Positions 1-13,596 of a DNA stretch of 64,000 nt are shown piece by piece. The notes under the pieces were generated by a model. That model had not been told where the DNA came from, ran no database searches, and saw nothing but the letters and a program-made list of their open reading frames with translations. Each line of letters starts with the position of its first letter. Positions within the stretch are counted from its first letter, which is position 1. Source of the stretch: Eledone cirrhosa (taxonomy: Eukaryota); the NCBI GenBank assembly GCA_964016885.1, contig OZ024761.1:7688001-7752000 (forward strand), read 5' to 3'. Position numbers and translations under genes: made by a program.

Positions 1-490
1 GTAGGCTGGGTGCTTTTTGTCATGTCACCATCACAACCACTTTACAGTGTAGGCTGGGTGCTTTTTGTCATGTCACCATCACAACCACTTTACAGTGTAG
101 GCTGGGTGCTTTTTGTCATGTCACCATCACAACCACTTTACAGTGTGGGCTGGGTGCTTTTTGTTATGTCACCATCACAACCACTTTACAGTGTGGGCTG
201 GGTGCTTTTTGTCATGTCACCATCACAACCACTTTACAGTGTGGGCTGGGTGCTTTTTGTCATGTCACCATCACAACCACTTTACAGTGTGGGCTGGGTG
301 CTTTTTGTCATGTCACCATCACAACCACTTTACAGTGTGGGCTGGGTGCTTTTTGTCATGTCACCATCACAACCACTTTACAGTGTGGGCTGGGTGCTTT
401 TTGTCATGTCACCATCACAACCACTTTACAGTGTGGGCTGGGTGCTTTTTGTCATGTCACCATCACAACCACTTTGCAGTGTGTGCTGGG
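1..490. repeat. 48-bp minisatellite within an RTE 3' UTR
   Basis: Period 48; related array in opposite orientation at 41775-42320. Confidence 0.9.
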
Positions 491-742
491 AGGCTTTACT
501 GGATGTACACTTCAGCCTGTCCTCATGGGAGATGTATGGGAGTGGGTGAGTTGGTGCCTACTATACATAGTTCAGTTTCGGCCTGTGCCCATGGCAAGTC
601 AGGTCTTCTGTATTACTGTGTAACGCCACAGATCTCCATCTTGTTTTATTGCCTTTGAGTGCAATTGGGCAAGGTCAGCTCTTATCATATATATATATAT
701 TCATACATATACACAACACAACATATATGCATCCAGGCCGAA

Positions 743-1213
743 ACAAATGAGATCGTGTAGGTGTCACAACAAAAAAACACACAGTCCAAGCTGTAATGTG
801 GCCGTGTAGGCAACACGGTAAAAACCTCCCAGCCCCAGACTGTAAATGTGGTTGGTGTTAGGAAGGGCATCCAGCTGTAGAAAACCTGCCACACAGTCCA
901 CGCTGTAATGTGGCCGTGTAGGCAACACGGTAAAAACCTCCCAGCCCCAGACTGTAAATGTGGTTGGTGTTAGGAAGGGCATCCAGCTGTAGAAAACCTG
1001 CCACACAGTCCACGCTGTAATGTGGCCGTGTAGGCAACACGGTAAAAACCTCCCAGCCCCACACTGTAAATGTGGTTGGTGTTAGGAAGGGCATCCAGCC
1101 ATAGCAAACCCGCCAGACAGTCCTATGCGAGCAAGACAACCACTCTTGCCTCAAGTGGGAAAACTCCCGTCCAAACCCATGCAAGCGTGGAACACGGATG
1201 TTAAACGATGATG
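743..1213 (+). repeat. RTE 3'-UTR fragment with a 112-bp unit triplicated
   Basis: Matches 40495-40760 and reverse complement of 22334-22600. Confidence 0.75.
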
Positions 1214-1250
1214 ATATACCACACACACACACAGACACACACACACACAG

Positions 1251-1284
<34 letters not shown>

Positions 1285-1330
1285 TTGTACCACAAGAAAT
1301 GTGTCAACTATTATATCAATTCTGTTACAG

Positions 1331-1787
1331 GTCTGGTCATTCTAGTGTATCACACAGGATTGGAGGCAGTGGAGGAGCGCGTGGTGGCTCACTATCACAC
1401 AGGATTGGCTCTAGTAGTCACAGCATACAGCCCTGGGCCGGCAGCTCGTCGGCCTCTGGTAAGCATGTGAAAGATGCCCGACAGCTTTTATCCAGATCGG
1501 ACAAAGCTGGCATTAGCAAGTACCAGAAAGAACGACTAGCTGTGAGAAGTGACGATGACGATGATGATGATGATGATGAAGATGATGACGATGAAGAAGA
1601 AGAACAAGAAGACGAGAGGGAGGAGGCGGAAGAATCGGAGGACTCCAATAACACCGATGCTCGACCGTTCTTTAACAGTGGCAGTGACCTTCGTGCCAAA
1701 CTTGAACGGAAGCGTATGCAGATGCCGTCTTCTGTCTCATCTACATCCGGCCACTACCCTCGGCTGAAGATTGAAGTCTTAGATTGA
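1331..1787 (+). CDS. Terminal coding exon of an unidentified plus-strand gene (acidic D/E tract, ends ...DLRAKLERKR...YPRLKIEVLD*)
   Basis: Acceptor tctgttacag|G at 1331; open frame to TGA at 1785-1787; non-repetitive, protein-like composition; upstream exons not in window. Confidence 0.7.
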
Positions 1788-1814
1788 TTTACTGACCAAC
1801 TGACACACTTCTAT

Positions 1815-3647
1815 CAAACTGACTGACTGACAGCTAAACTGACCGACTGACAGCTAAACTGACCGACTGACAGCTAAACTGACCGACTGACAGCTAAACT
1901 GACCGACTGACAGCTAAACTGACCGACTGACAGCTAAACTGACTGACTGACAGCTAAACTGACTGACTGACAGCTAAACTGACCGACTTACAGCTAAACT
2001 GACTGACTGACAGCTAAACTGACTGACTGACAGCTAAACTGACCGATGGACAGCTAAACTGACCGACTGACAGCTAAACTGACTGACTGACAGCTAAACT
2101 GACCGACTTACAGCTAAACTGACTGACTGACAGCTAAACTGACCGACTTACAGCTAAACTGACTGACTGACAGCTAAACTGACCGATGGACAGCTAAACT
2201 GACCGATGGACAGCTAAACTGACCGACTGACGGCTAAACTGACCGACTGACAGCTAAACTGACCGACTGACAGCTAAACTGACCGACTGACAGCTAAACT
2301 GACTGACTGACAGCTAAACTGACTGACTGACAGCTAAACTGACTGACTGACAGCTAAACTGACTGACTGACAGCTAAACTGACTGACTGACAGCTAAACT
2401 GACCGACTGACAGCTAAACTGACCGACTGACAGCTAAACTGACCGACTGACAGCTAAACTGACCGACTGACAGCTAAACTGACCGACTGACAGCTAAACT
2501 GACCGACTGACAGCTAAACTGACCGACTGACAGCTAAACTGACTGACTGACAGCTAAACTGACTGACTGACAGCTAAACTGACTGACTGACAGCTAAACT
2601 GACTGACTGACAGCTAAACTGACTGACTGACAGCTAAACTGACTGACAGCTAAACTGACTGACTTACAGCTAAACTGACCAACTGACAGCTAAACTGACC
2701 GACTAACAGCTAAACTGACTGACTGACAGCTAAACTGACTGACTGACAGCTAAACTGACTGACTGACAGCTAAACTGACTGACTGACAGCTAAACTGACT
2801 GACAGCTAAACTGACTGACTTACAGCTAAACTGACCAACTGACAGCTAAACTGACCGACTAACAGCTAAACTGACTGACTGACAGCTAAACTGACCGGCT
2901 GACAGCTAAACTGACCGGCTGACAGCTAAACTGACCGACTGACAGCTAAACTGACCGACTGACAGCTAAACTGACCGACTGACAGCTAAACTGACCGACT
3001 GACAGCTAAACTGACCGACTGACAGCTAAACTGACCGACTGACAGCTAAACTGACCGATGGACAGCTAAACTGACCGACTGACAGCTAAACTGACCGACT
3101 GGCAGCTAAACTGACCGACTGGCAGCTAAACTGACCGACTGACAGCTAAACTGACTGATGGACAGCTAAACTGACCGATGGACAGCTAAACTGACCGACT
3201 GACAGCTAAACTGACCGACTGACAGCTAAACTGACCGATGGACAGCTAAACTGACCGACTGACAGCTAAACTGACCGACTGGCAGCTAAACTGACCGACT
3301 GGCAGCTAAACTGACCGACTGGCAGCTAAACTGACCGACTGACAGCTAAACTGACTGATGGACAGCTAAACTGACCGATGGACAGCTAAACTGACCGACT
3401 GACAGCTAAACTGACTGACAGCTAAACTGACTGACTGACAGCCATCTATCACCAACTACCAAACTGACCAACTGACAGCTAAACTGACCGACTGACAGCT
3501 AAACTGACTGATGGACAGCTAAACTGACCGATGGACAGCTAAACTGACCGACTGACAGCTAAACTGACCGACTGACAGCTAAACTGACCGACTTACAGCC
3601 ATCTATCACCAACTACCAAACTGGCCAACTGACAGCTAAACTGACCG
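1815..3647. repeat. 20-bp minisatellite (gactgacagctaaactgac[c/t]), about 90 units
   Basis: Directly visible period 20. Confidence 0.95.
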
Positions 3648-3947
3648 TCGTCTATCAATCTTCTCATTTGTTATCGTCACCATTCTAAAACTTTATAATC
3701 ACCATCATCATCATCATCATTATTATTATTATTATTGTACTGGGGTCAATGTAATCTGCTGTTCCCCAGCCCCCTATACTTAAATTTCTGACCTTGAACC
3801 TATGTAAAAAAAAAATCATTATTATTATTATTAATATTGGGCGCCGAGGTCAACATTTGTCTTTTATCCTTCTGGGGTTGATAAAATAAAGTTCCAATTA
3901 AGTACTGGTTCAATATGATGGGTTTTTTTTTTTTTTCCTGCCCTTAA

Positions 3948-5021
3948 CCCTTTAATGTTCAAACCAGCCAAAACCGGCCAGAATTCTCTACCTCTTTCTG
4001 TTGAAACTGGCTGTAACTGGCCACTCAAACTGATGTTAAGGTATTGTTTTCCAAATAAATACTTTCAAAATCTCATAGATTCGATATTATGTGAGATAAT
4101 TATGTGAGGTAAAGCCTTTACCATGAAAATATAATAGTATATATAGAGTAATGTGAATATTATGTGAGGTAAATCCTTTACCATGAAAAATACAATAGTA
4201 TATATAGAGTAATGTGAATGTTATGTGAGGTAAAGCCTTTACTGTAAAAATATAATAGCATATATAGAGTAATGTAAATGTTATGTGAGGTAAAACCTTT
4301 ACTGTGAAAATATAATAGTATATATAGAGTAATGTAAATGTTATGTGAAGTAAAGCCTTTACTGTGAAAATATAATAGTATATATAGAGTAATGTAAATG
4401 TTATGCGAGATATGTGAGGTAAAGCCTTGACTAAATATAATAGTATATATAGAGTAATGTAAATGTTGTGAGATATTATGTGAGGTAAAGCCTTTACTGT
4501 AAAAATACAATAGTATATATAGAGTAATGTAAATGTTATATGAGATATTATGTGAGGTAAAGTCTTGACTGAAAATATAATAGTATATATAGAGCAATGT
4601 GAATATTATGTGAGGTAAATCTTTTACTATGAAAAATACAATAGTATATATAGAGTAATGTGAATGTTATGTGAGGTAAATCCTTTGCCACGAAAAATAC
4701 AATAGTATATATAGAGTAATGTAAATGTTATGTGAGATATTATGTAAAGTAAAGCCTTTACTGTGAAAATACAACAGTATATATAGAGTAATGTAAATGT
4801 TATGTGAGATTATGTGAGGTAAAGCCTTGACTGTGAAAATACAACAGTATATATAGAGTAATGTAAATGTTATGTGAGATATTATGTGAGGTAAAGCCTT
4901 TACTGTTAAAATACAATAGTATATATAGAGTAATGTAAATGTTATGTGAGATATTATGTGAGGTAAAGCCTTTACAACAAAAATATAATAGTATATATAG
5001 AGTCGTGTAAATGCTAAAGGG
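3948..5021. mobile_element. piggyBac-like non-autonomous element with internal 60-72-bp tandem repeats
   Basis: TTAA|CCCTTT...AAAGGG|CTAA ends; relatives at 40401-41110, 51500-51775, 61540-61720. Confidence 0.55.
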
Positions 5022-5157
5022 CTAAATTCTTCATGAATTAATTAAAATAGAGTTATTTCATTAGAGATACAATAACAGAAGGGTTAAAGTGTGAGGATGA
5101 CATGGAGGTATAGCTCAGAATGCTTGAGCCAAAGAGCAGTCATCCCCTCCCCAGTGG

Positions 5158-5685
5158 AGCTGTTGACTGCTGTGTATATTTTACACAGCTACAGTTGCTG
5201 TGTTGACTGTTGTGTATATTTTACACAGTAACAGTTGCTGTGTATATTTTACACAGTAACAGTTGCTGTGTTGACTGCTGTGTATATTTTACACAGCTAC
5301 AGTTGCTGTGTTGACTGTTGTGTATATTTTACACAGTAACAGTTGCTGTGTATATTTTACACAGTAACAGTTGCTGTGTTGACTGCTGTGTATATTTTAC
5401 ACAGCTACAGTTGCTGTGTTGACTGTTGTGTATATTTTACACAGTAACAGTTGCTGTGTATATTTTACACAGTAACAGTTGCTGTGTTGACTGCTGTGTA
5501 TATTTTACACAGTAACAGTTGCTGTGTTGACTGCTGTGTATATTTTACACAGTAACAGTTGCTGTGTTGACTGCTGTGTATATTTTACACAGTAACAGTT
5601 GCTGTTGACTGCTGTGTATATTTTACACAGTAACAGTTGCTGTGTTGACTGCTGTGTATATTTTACACAGTAACAGTTGCTGTGC
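5158..5685. repeat. 30/40-bp minisatellite with internal hairpin ctgtgta-tattt-tacacag
   Basis: Visible tandem units. Confidence 0.9.
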
Positions 5686-5732
5686 CAGTTTTCTTTCTTC
5701 CAATAAAATGACTATTTTTTTTTAAACAAAGA

Positions 5733-5738
5733 TTTATT
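5733..5738 (-). terminator. Candidate polyadenylation signal of the kinesin gene
   Basis: AATAAA on minus strand about 175 nt after the stop. Confidence 0.5.
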
Positions 5739-5913
5739 AACAACACATATCTGAATGGTTGACAAATGTCACATCAATAAACTAGTAAACCCATCTAGCT
5801 GTGAAGTTATGAACGGTTGGAAAAGAGTTCAAACATGTTAGGGTGAGTTATCTCGTCTACAGCACTGAAGGGGTTAAGGTCCATAAAGCAAGTACCTCTG
5901 ATATGTAACAGAA

Positions 5914-6020
5914 TCATAAAAAATACTTTGAAGTCGCCTGTCTTGTGTGTTCATTCTGGATTTCACCGTCAATTGCAGCCAGTTCTTCTCTCAGTCTTTG
6001 GTTGAAGGTTTCAACAGAAT
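5914..6020 (-). CDS. KIF12: Kinesin terminal exon: DSVETFNQRLREELAAIDGEIQNEHTRQATSKYFL*
   Basis: T-rich acceptor ttttacctgtag; short coiled coil; TGA at 5914-5916; AATAAA downstream on minus strand at 5733-5738. Confidence 0.75.
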
Positions 6021-6684
6021 CTACAGGTAAAAAAAACAAAACAATATGTTATGTAGCTGGTACACCCTAAAGGGACGTAACTCACATATCACTATAGTGT
6101 TTCACCAGCCCCTTCCTTCCTCAATTATTCATAGATGTGTGTGTATGTATGTAATAATTATTTTGTATAATGTGTCTATGAATATGTATGAGTAGATGTG
6201 TATGTGTTTGGGTTTGCACATCTGTTGTCTGTATCTGTTAATGTATTTACCTGTAGATGTGTGTGTGTGGGTTTGTATTTCTGTTGTCTGTATCTGTTAA
6301 TGTCTTTACCTGTAGATGTGTGTGTGTAGGTTTGTACTTCTGTTGTCTGTATCTGTTAATGTATTTACCTGTAGATGTGTGTATGTAACTAAAGTGTAAC
6401 GTACGGTACAAATGGACGACTAAATGATTTTAATTTGTTTTTTAACAATTGATGGTGGAAAAGATTTCAAATTGTCTTAACTCAGGTTGTAAAAGGGTGC
6501 AACTCATGGTGTCTGACACTTTTATTGGCTATGTAGCATGGGAGACTATTTTACCGAGACCGGCTACATAGCTTCTTCCAAAAAAAGAAAGAAAACCTAC
6601 AAAAATAATGACAGACCTCCCACCCCAAAAAGCAACGAGAAAGTTATTTGTAATGAGATATATAGGAATCTAAAGTCCTAAGTC

Positions 6685-6950
6685 TGTCTTAAGGCTCGTT
6701 AGGTCGGTGCTTATCTCTGTTTCATGCCATGAAGCGACTGAGAGTACAAGACTCCCCACTGGACAGGACGCTAGTCCATTGCAGGGTTAAACTCCCCAGC
6801 TATTGCTGGTACTCGTTATCAGCTGAGTATACTGGAGCAATGTGAAATAGTGTTTTGCTCAAGAACAACACACAACCCAGTCCAGGAATCAAACCCACGA
6901 CATTATGATCGTAAGTCCAACACCCTTACCACTAGGCCACATACCTTCAC
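6685..6950 (-). mobile_element. tRNA-derived CORE-like SINE with a different tail
   Basis: Minus strand gtggcctagtgg..gggtttgattcc head; body shared with the 28985 family; 3' half differs. Confidence 0.7.
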
Positions 6951-7134
6951 ATATATAGGAATGGAGGCAGCAAGTTGGCAGATTTGTTAGAACATCAGAT
7001 ACAATTCTTTGTGGTATTTGTTCTGGCTCTCAAATCCCGCCGAGGTCAATTTTGCCTTTCATTCATTGGAAGTTGCTAAAAAAAAATTTACCAGTTTAAA
7101 ACTGGGGTCCATTGTTCCTCTATATCTCTTAATG

Positions 7135-8825
7135 AATGAAATTATTGTGTACAGTGCTCAGGTGCACTACAACTCATCAAAGGTGCATGTATAGTACATA
7201 GAATAATGTACAAATGTCAGGGAAATGAATAGTTTATGAGTCATGATATACATATGTGTATGGAGGGGGAATATCAGGTGTAGTGTTGGAGAATCTCAGG
7301 AAACATGGAGGTTTTAAAGGATGCAGTGTCTCGACAGCTAACAACTGATGCAGGTAGTTTGTTCCATGGAAGTTTTAAAGGATGCAGTGTCCCAGCAGCT
7401 AACAACTGATGCAGGTAGTTTGTCCCATGGAGGTTTTAAAGGATGCAGTGCCTCGACAGCTAACAACTGATGCAGGTAGTTTGTTCCATGGAGGTTTTAA
7501 AGGATGCAGTGCCTCGACAGCTAATAACTGATGCAGGTAGTTTGTTACATGCTTCAGCAACTCTAAGCATGAATAAATGTTTCCGAAAGTCATGGGAGCT
7601 GTGCTGTTTTCTGACTTTGTGGGCATGCCTATGTGTGTTAGACACATGGAAATCAAAAAGGTACTCAGGGTTGTTGTTGGCAAGATGGTTAATAATTTTG
7701 TGGGTGTTTACCAACTCAGTTGCCAGATGTCGGAGCTTCAATGTATCCATGCCCAGGGAAGTAAGGCGTTCAGAGTATGGTAGATGCCTGATGGAGGGTA
7801 TTCACCTTGGTTGCATGTCTCTGAACAGTTTCCAGGCAGTCAATGTTCTGAGCAAGATAGGGGTTCCAGACTGGTGATGCAAATTTTAAGTGTGGCTGCA
7901 CCATAGCTAAATACAGCTTTAAATAGATAGCTGGAGAGCGGCTAACAAAGGTCTTGCTGAGTGATGCTAAGACACCCTCGTCCTTCTTGACAATTTTAGA
8001 GACGTGCCTCGTCCAATGCAAATCGCTGCTGACCGTAATGCCCAGGTCACGTTCACAAGAATACTTCTTGATATTAGTGCTGTGGAGGGAGTATGTGGAC
8101 GCTGGGTTTTTACTCCCAAAATGCACGGTGGTGCACTTGTCCACAATCAGCTTGAGTTGCCAGTCCGTGATCCATTGTTTCACTGTGTCCAGGTCAAATT
8201 GCAGGCAAGATCTATAGTGTTCAGGATCTGTCCTTTTTCATCTCAAGGTACAGCTTGATGTCATTTGCATATTAGTATTGTGGTATTCTTTAAGTTGGCA
8301 TCTATGTCATAAATATATGCCACAAACAAAAGGGGGCCAAGAACAGATCCCTGTGGTACACCAGATGGTGAGGAATGTTGTCCTAGAACTGTGACTACCT
8401 CTATTCGACTGAGAATGAAGGACTTCAACCAGTTAAAAAGATCATCCTTCACACCCATTGCAGAGAGTTTTGCCAGAAGTCTTTTGTGTGGCACATAATT
8501 GAAAGCTTTAGCAAAGCCAAGGTAAACAACATCCACCCATGAGCCGCCATCAGTGATCTGAGTGATGTCTTCAAGAAACTCAATAAGTTGATCACAGCAG
8601 CTGGAGTTAGGGATAAATCCAAATTGCGAGGGCCGGATAAGACTGTGACAGTTCCAGAAGTTCCAAAGCATTTCTCTGACACAGGATTCCATCAGTTTGG
8701 CAATTCAGCTAGTAAGACTGACTGGACGATAGTTCACAGGTGATGTGCGGTCACTCTTTTTGAACAGAGGAATAACACTGGCAGTTTTCCACTGCTCCGG
8801 AGTAGCACTGTTGTTAATGCGGAAA
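7135..8825 (-). mobile_element. CR1/L2-group LINE, decayed RT and 3' end
   Basis: YRPVSLTS, QFGF, VDVVYLGFAKAF..VPH, SGVPQGSVLGPLLF, WNPYL; 61-bp unit x4 at 7304-7550. Confidence 0.85.
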
Positions 8826-10526
8826 TCATTTGCCATATTTCCTCAAACTCCGTATTGACGGTCGATTTTTGTTGTTGTTGTTCTTGTTCTTCTTCAACAG
8901 GCAAGGTAGGGGAAGACAGTCGTCAGTTGTTGTTGAAAAGTAATGGGGGAGAAAAAGATGGGTTGCTGTTGTTGATGAAGTCCTTGAACAGGGGTAGTAG
9001 CAGAAGCTACGGTTGTTGGTTTTTTGGTTTTTGCTGTTGTTCAGGAACAATGGTAGAGGAAGACACGATCTTCGGTTTTTGTTGTTCAACAGCAATGGTA
9101 GAGGCAGACATACAAGCCAGGCACTGAAAGGACCAATTTGGTAGCTGGACCATTTCCCAGAATAGAAGTATGGTGTCTCTTTTTCTGACCTGGGATCTTT
9201 CGAAAGTTTGTGGCATATTGAAGGCATTTGTCACATTCGACCCATCGATTTCGTAGGGAGTTCTCTGGTTCTGTACGTAGATGACAGACGTGGTTTTCTG
9301 GGCAATGTTCTGTTTTGGAACATCACCCAGTTTTATTGCAACTTCATCCATGGATGTCACAATAGCTATTTTGTCCTGTCTGTCCATCCGTACAGTAGAA
9401 CAAGATAAATACAATGTTTATGTATTTCTGTTTTCCTATGTATTGTGTGTGTATATGCAAAAAGATCTGCACACGAATATATAATTATATATATATATAA
9501 TTAGAATGTGTATGTGGGTTAGAAGCGAAGTCAGTGTCCAGAAAGATTTTACAAATGTACGTAAGATTGGCCAGTATAGTGTCTCACACAAAATAGTGTG
9601 GTTTCTTTTCACTTGTGTGTATATACGCGTGTGGTATGGATCTATATATAAATCTGTGTGTATATTGTTGTTTATAGATTTTGTGAAGTACTTACTACGA
9701 TCCCTCAGGGAAGTAGTGATTTATTTTTTCTGTTCATGTCGACATGTTGGTTTGTTGGCGAAAATCAAATATACTTCGTTAAAATAATTTTATGTTGAAG
9801 CTGGTACTAATAGTCAGGGAACAGTCAAAGTATTTGTAATAATGAATATTGCAATCCATCTGACATGTGTTAAAAGGGCAGTTTTTGGTGATAATAGTAT
9901 CGGTAGAGGGTTGGACGCCATGTTTTCTAGCATAGTTACGTCCCTTTACAGTCTGAGTTCAAATCCCGCCGAGGTTAACTTTGCCTTTCATCCTTACGGG
10001 GTCGATAAAATAAAGTACCAGTAATGTACTGGGTAATTGCTGGTCTTGTGCCTAAAGTAGAAACTATTATATTTAGTTTCGGAAGACGTGGTCAAATCAC
10101 TCTCTTTCCTTCTCTGAAATTTGCTATGTTCAGACTTGGAGAAGAGATGGGCTCTGCCAGGTTTAATAAATGTCCAAAACATGCTGTATATAACTCCAGC
10201 ACCACTATTACTCCATCACCAGGTGCTAAATGATGAAGATGATAAGGTCATGTTTGCTCACTGAAGGGTGACATGAAGTTAAATAACAATAACACTAATC
10301 AAAATTCATTGATGCTGAAGAGTGTTTTAAACCTTTTAGTCCTGCAACATAATTTTATAAATGAAATATATAAAACTATGCTGGAGGACTAAAATTTAAA
10401 ATGGGTGGCTTTGTTTCATAGAACCAAAAGGTTTAAAACACTCTTCAGCGTATATATGAACAAAATAGTAGGAAAAACTAGGCAAGATTTGTTGAAATTC
10501 AAAGAAACATTTATTATACAATAAGG

Positions 10527-11463
10527 CAGAGATTCTCAAACTTTTTGGGCCATCGCACGTCCACATAATACCCTCAGACCCCTCCACCCCTATTTCCACA
10601 GAGACCTACCTACATGTAAATTGTAAATCTAAACTATAATAAAGTAAGAAGCGCGGGACTGCGGACAGTTTATAATTTTTTTTATCCCATTAGTAAAATA
10701 AGTTGGATTACTTTGAATAAATAATGAATGAATATTACATAATTTATCCACTAAATTTCGTGGCTGTTCATTAAATATATTTTATTACTTATTTAAAGAT
10801 TCACTTCTTTAAAATTTTCAAATGTCAACACTTCCGGTGGTGATCACTTAAATAAACATACTAATTTTCTCCGAATGAAGTTTATATATAATATCGTCTT
10901 TTGTTAATGTATCATGGATTACGTTACTGATTACATACATAAGACAATGTAACACAGTCTTCGTTCAATTTCTATGTATTATATATTGCCAATTACGATT
11001 TTATTTGATCATTATATACTTGCGTATAATATCAATATACACACTACACATGCTAGCAGATATATAATATCGTCTTTTTTTAATGTATCATGGATTACGT
11101 TACTGATTACATAAGACAGTGTAACACAGTCTTCGTTCAATTTCTGTGTATATTATCAATTACGATTTTATTTGATGTATCATATCTACATGCATATATA
11201 CTTGCGTATAATATCAATATACACACTACAGGGTGGTTTTTCTGCTAGTAATATATAATAAATAAAATCGTTAATTTATATATAATAAATAATATAATAT
11301 ATACTATGTATGAACAAATATTGTGTATTTTTTTTATTTTACTATATCTATAATATGTATCATTTGATATTTGATATAGTATTATATCTGTACCGCCCCC
11401 ACACACCCCTGGACCTTCTCAACGTTCCCCAGGAGGCTGTAGCGCCCACTTTGAGAACCTCAG
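10527..11463. mobile_element. hAT-like MITE with an internal duplicated ~178-bp segment
   Basis: cagagattctcaaa...ttgagaacctcag termini; duplication at 10886-11250. Confidence 0.55.
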
Positions 11464-12005
11464 CATGTTTTTCAATACAATTATATAATTACCTATGAAA
11501 GCTGAATCATTACACAACCCATAATCTGCTGCCTTGTACTGCGTATTTTACACATCCACATCAGAATGTTCAGAGGAAAATGGCCACATTGAGTACAACA
11601 AACAGGTAAGCTACCTATTTCATTTTTTGTTACATATACCCACTTTACACAAACGTGAATTAGCCTACATAAAACAATTTTATTTCTTCTCATATGTTTC
11701 ATATTTCTTCTCATGTTAAGTTACTATCTTAGTAATTAAAATCCCTCAAAATCCATTAATTAATTGAAATAGTATGTATTTAATTTTAATTGCTGTCATG
11801 AAAGAATTTAAGGGTTTCTATTTATATTAACATAATTTTATGTAAGAACCATATGTATCTTAGTAATGAAATAATTAATAATTTTAACAAATCTCTGAAA
11901 CTCCTTAATTGAAATAGAATGTATTTCATTAGGAATATGGTGAGAAAAGGGTTAAATGTGGAGCACATAAAAGAAATCCCTTTAATATGTAACGGGATTA
12001 GAAAT

Positions 12006-13037
12006 TAAATAATATTACAAATCGTTTGCAATTCTTTCAGAATGAAAATATAAACAGAGCATATAAATAAATTTACGGTAGAATAACATAACAAATATGT
12101 TTTAAATATATACATAAATAAGATTACAAATGCTTAGACAACATTATAAATAGCTCGCGATTCATTCAGAAAGATATATTCTTTTAATGTTACAATATTA
12201 AAGAAAATGTAAAGGAAGGGGTGAACAACGGAGCCAAGACCAGAGTAAAATACAGCAACGAGGAGTACTGGGCAACCTCTCTAATGACTTTTGAGGCAAG
12301 CCAGCACACTTGTAGCGGTGCCTCGGGTGATGGCGAGGCTGATACGCTAAAACAGCCAAGCGCTCTCGCGAGATTCGTCAGTTACCTCTATTAGGCGAGC
12401 CGCCAGTGAGGAAAGGAACCTCGCAGTCAGCGGCCCGACTCCCCCAAACGTCTCGAAAACCACAGGCTGAAAAATGTAGCTGGCCGACAGATCAGAGTAT
12501 TTGAGGGTCGTACTCCGCTCGGCTGCGGAAGCTGTGGCTCTCGTCCTAACCGCAGCATCCAAGTGTGGGAGAGAGCAAAAGAGTCACTAACAGTGACGTC
12601 CCAGACAAGGCACCTGCTTCTCGACCAGGAGCACAGGGTAAGGCCGTCAGGTCTTTTGCCGTCACTTCTGGACAACCCAGATGGTTCCAAGACTGAGGGG
12701 ATATTCGCCCGGGCTAAAGCTCTCTTCAGAATGAGGTTTAGCTCCGTGTGACGTGCGAAGCGGCTGGCATTCAGGCGGCAAGAAAGACTGTGGAGTCGAG
12801 GAGTTTGCTGCATCGGCACCTCAAACCCATGCAGACGTCAGCTCCCACTCTGAGGGTGATGGAGACACGAAGTTCGTCCAGGCTGAGTAGACCACCGACG
12901 TTGGCCACGGGTGGGGCATCAACCCAGTCGCCTAGGTATTTGGCGTTGGCAGATAGTCAGCGGCACCTTGCAAACTGATCTGACTGGACGAAGAGGGAGT
13001 CGAAGGTGGTCTTCGAAGAGTGAAAAAAGGGTTAAAA
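12006..13037 (-). mobile_element. CRE-like non-LTR element 3' part (restriction-like endonuclease)
   Basis: H..SC..RH knuckle, DGKRPDGLTL..W..LVWDVTV, KY..FQPVVFETFG; 23-bp direct repeat at 11983-12005 and 13038-13060. Confidence 0.75.
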
Positions 13038-13090
13038 TAATATGTAACGGGATTAGAAATAGGGTGAGAAAAGGGTTAAAATAACTTTAC

Positions 13091-13203
13091 CAACAGAGTT
13101 GAAGAGTGTCTTATTTGTTAAAAAACTTCTTGTATAAGATTTTTTGTTGACGTAATGGTTTTGTGGTAGCTGTCTTTGTAATTCACTGGACTTCTGTAAG
13201 GGC
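13091..13203 (-). CDS. KIF12: Probable kinesin tail exon: PLQKSSELQRQLPQNHYVNKKSYTRSFLTNKTLFNSV
   Basis: tatccag acceptor, G|gtaaag donor; 113 nt; only the phase 2 to 1 frame is open. Confidence 0.58.
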
Positions 13204-13596
13204 CTGGATAATAGGATAATAAAAATGGTTTCTTAGGCACAATCCAACAGATTTTTGGGGAGGGAAAAGTCGATTAAATCGATATCAGTGCATGACTCGT
13301 ACTTTATTTTATTGACCATATAAGGATGAAAGGGAAAGTTAGCCTTGGTGGGATTTGAACTGAGAATGTAAAGGATCACAGTAACAACAACAACAGCAGT
13401 AGTAACAGTAAAAGCAGCAACAACTATAACAGCAATAATAATTATAACAACAACAGCGATAACAATAACAACAGTAGCAAAAACAACTGTAATAGCAACA
13501 AGAAGAAGAAAGAAGTGAAACAATACACAAGTTTATATGAGAGCTCTCTATATAAAATATAAATAAAAAACAAAAGAAATGGCTGAATTTCGTTAC

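Noticed and set aside
10-658. Repetitive ORFs here and at 41636-42431, 43830-44396, 47909-48545
   Set aside because: Unit lengths are multiples of 3 without stops; repeats derive from TE or intronic sequence
1331-1787. Naming the plus-strand gene (C-terminus loosely recalls NCBP3-type P.L.IEV ends)
   Set aside because: Resemblance is too short to support a symbol; needs BLASTP
5158-5685. Hairpin-containing repeat resembling a CRISPR repeat
   Set aside because: No unique spacers, no cas genes, eukaryotic context; the same holds for all other arrays here
8826-9414. Minus-strand ORFs next to the CR1-like element
   Set aside because: No recognisable domain; probably a TE fragment, but I cannot assign it
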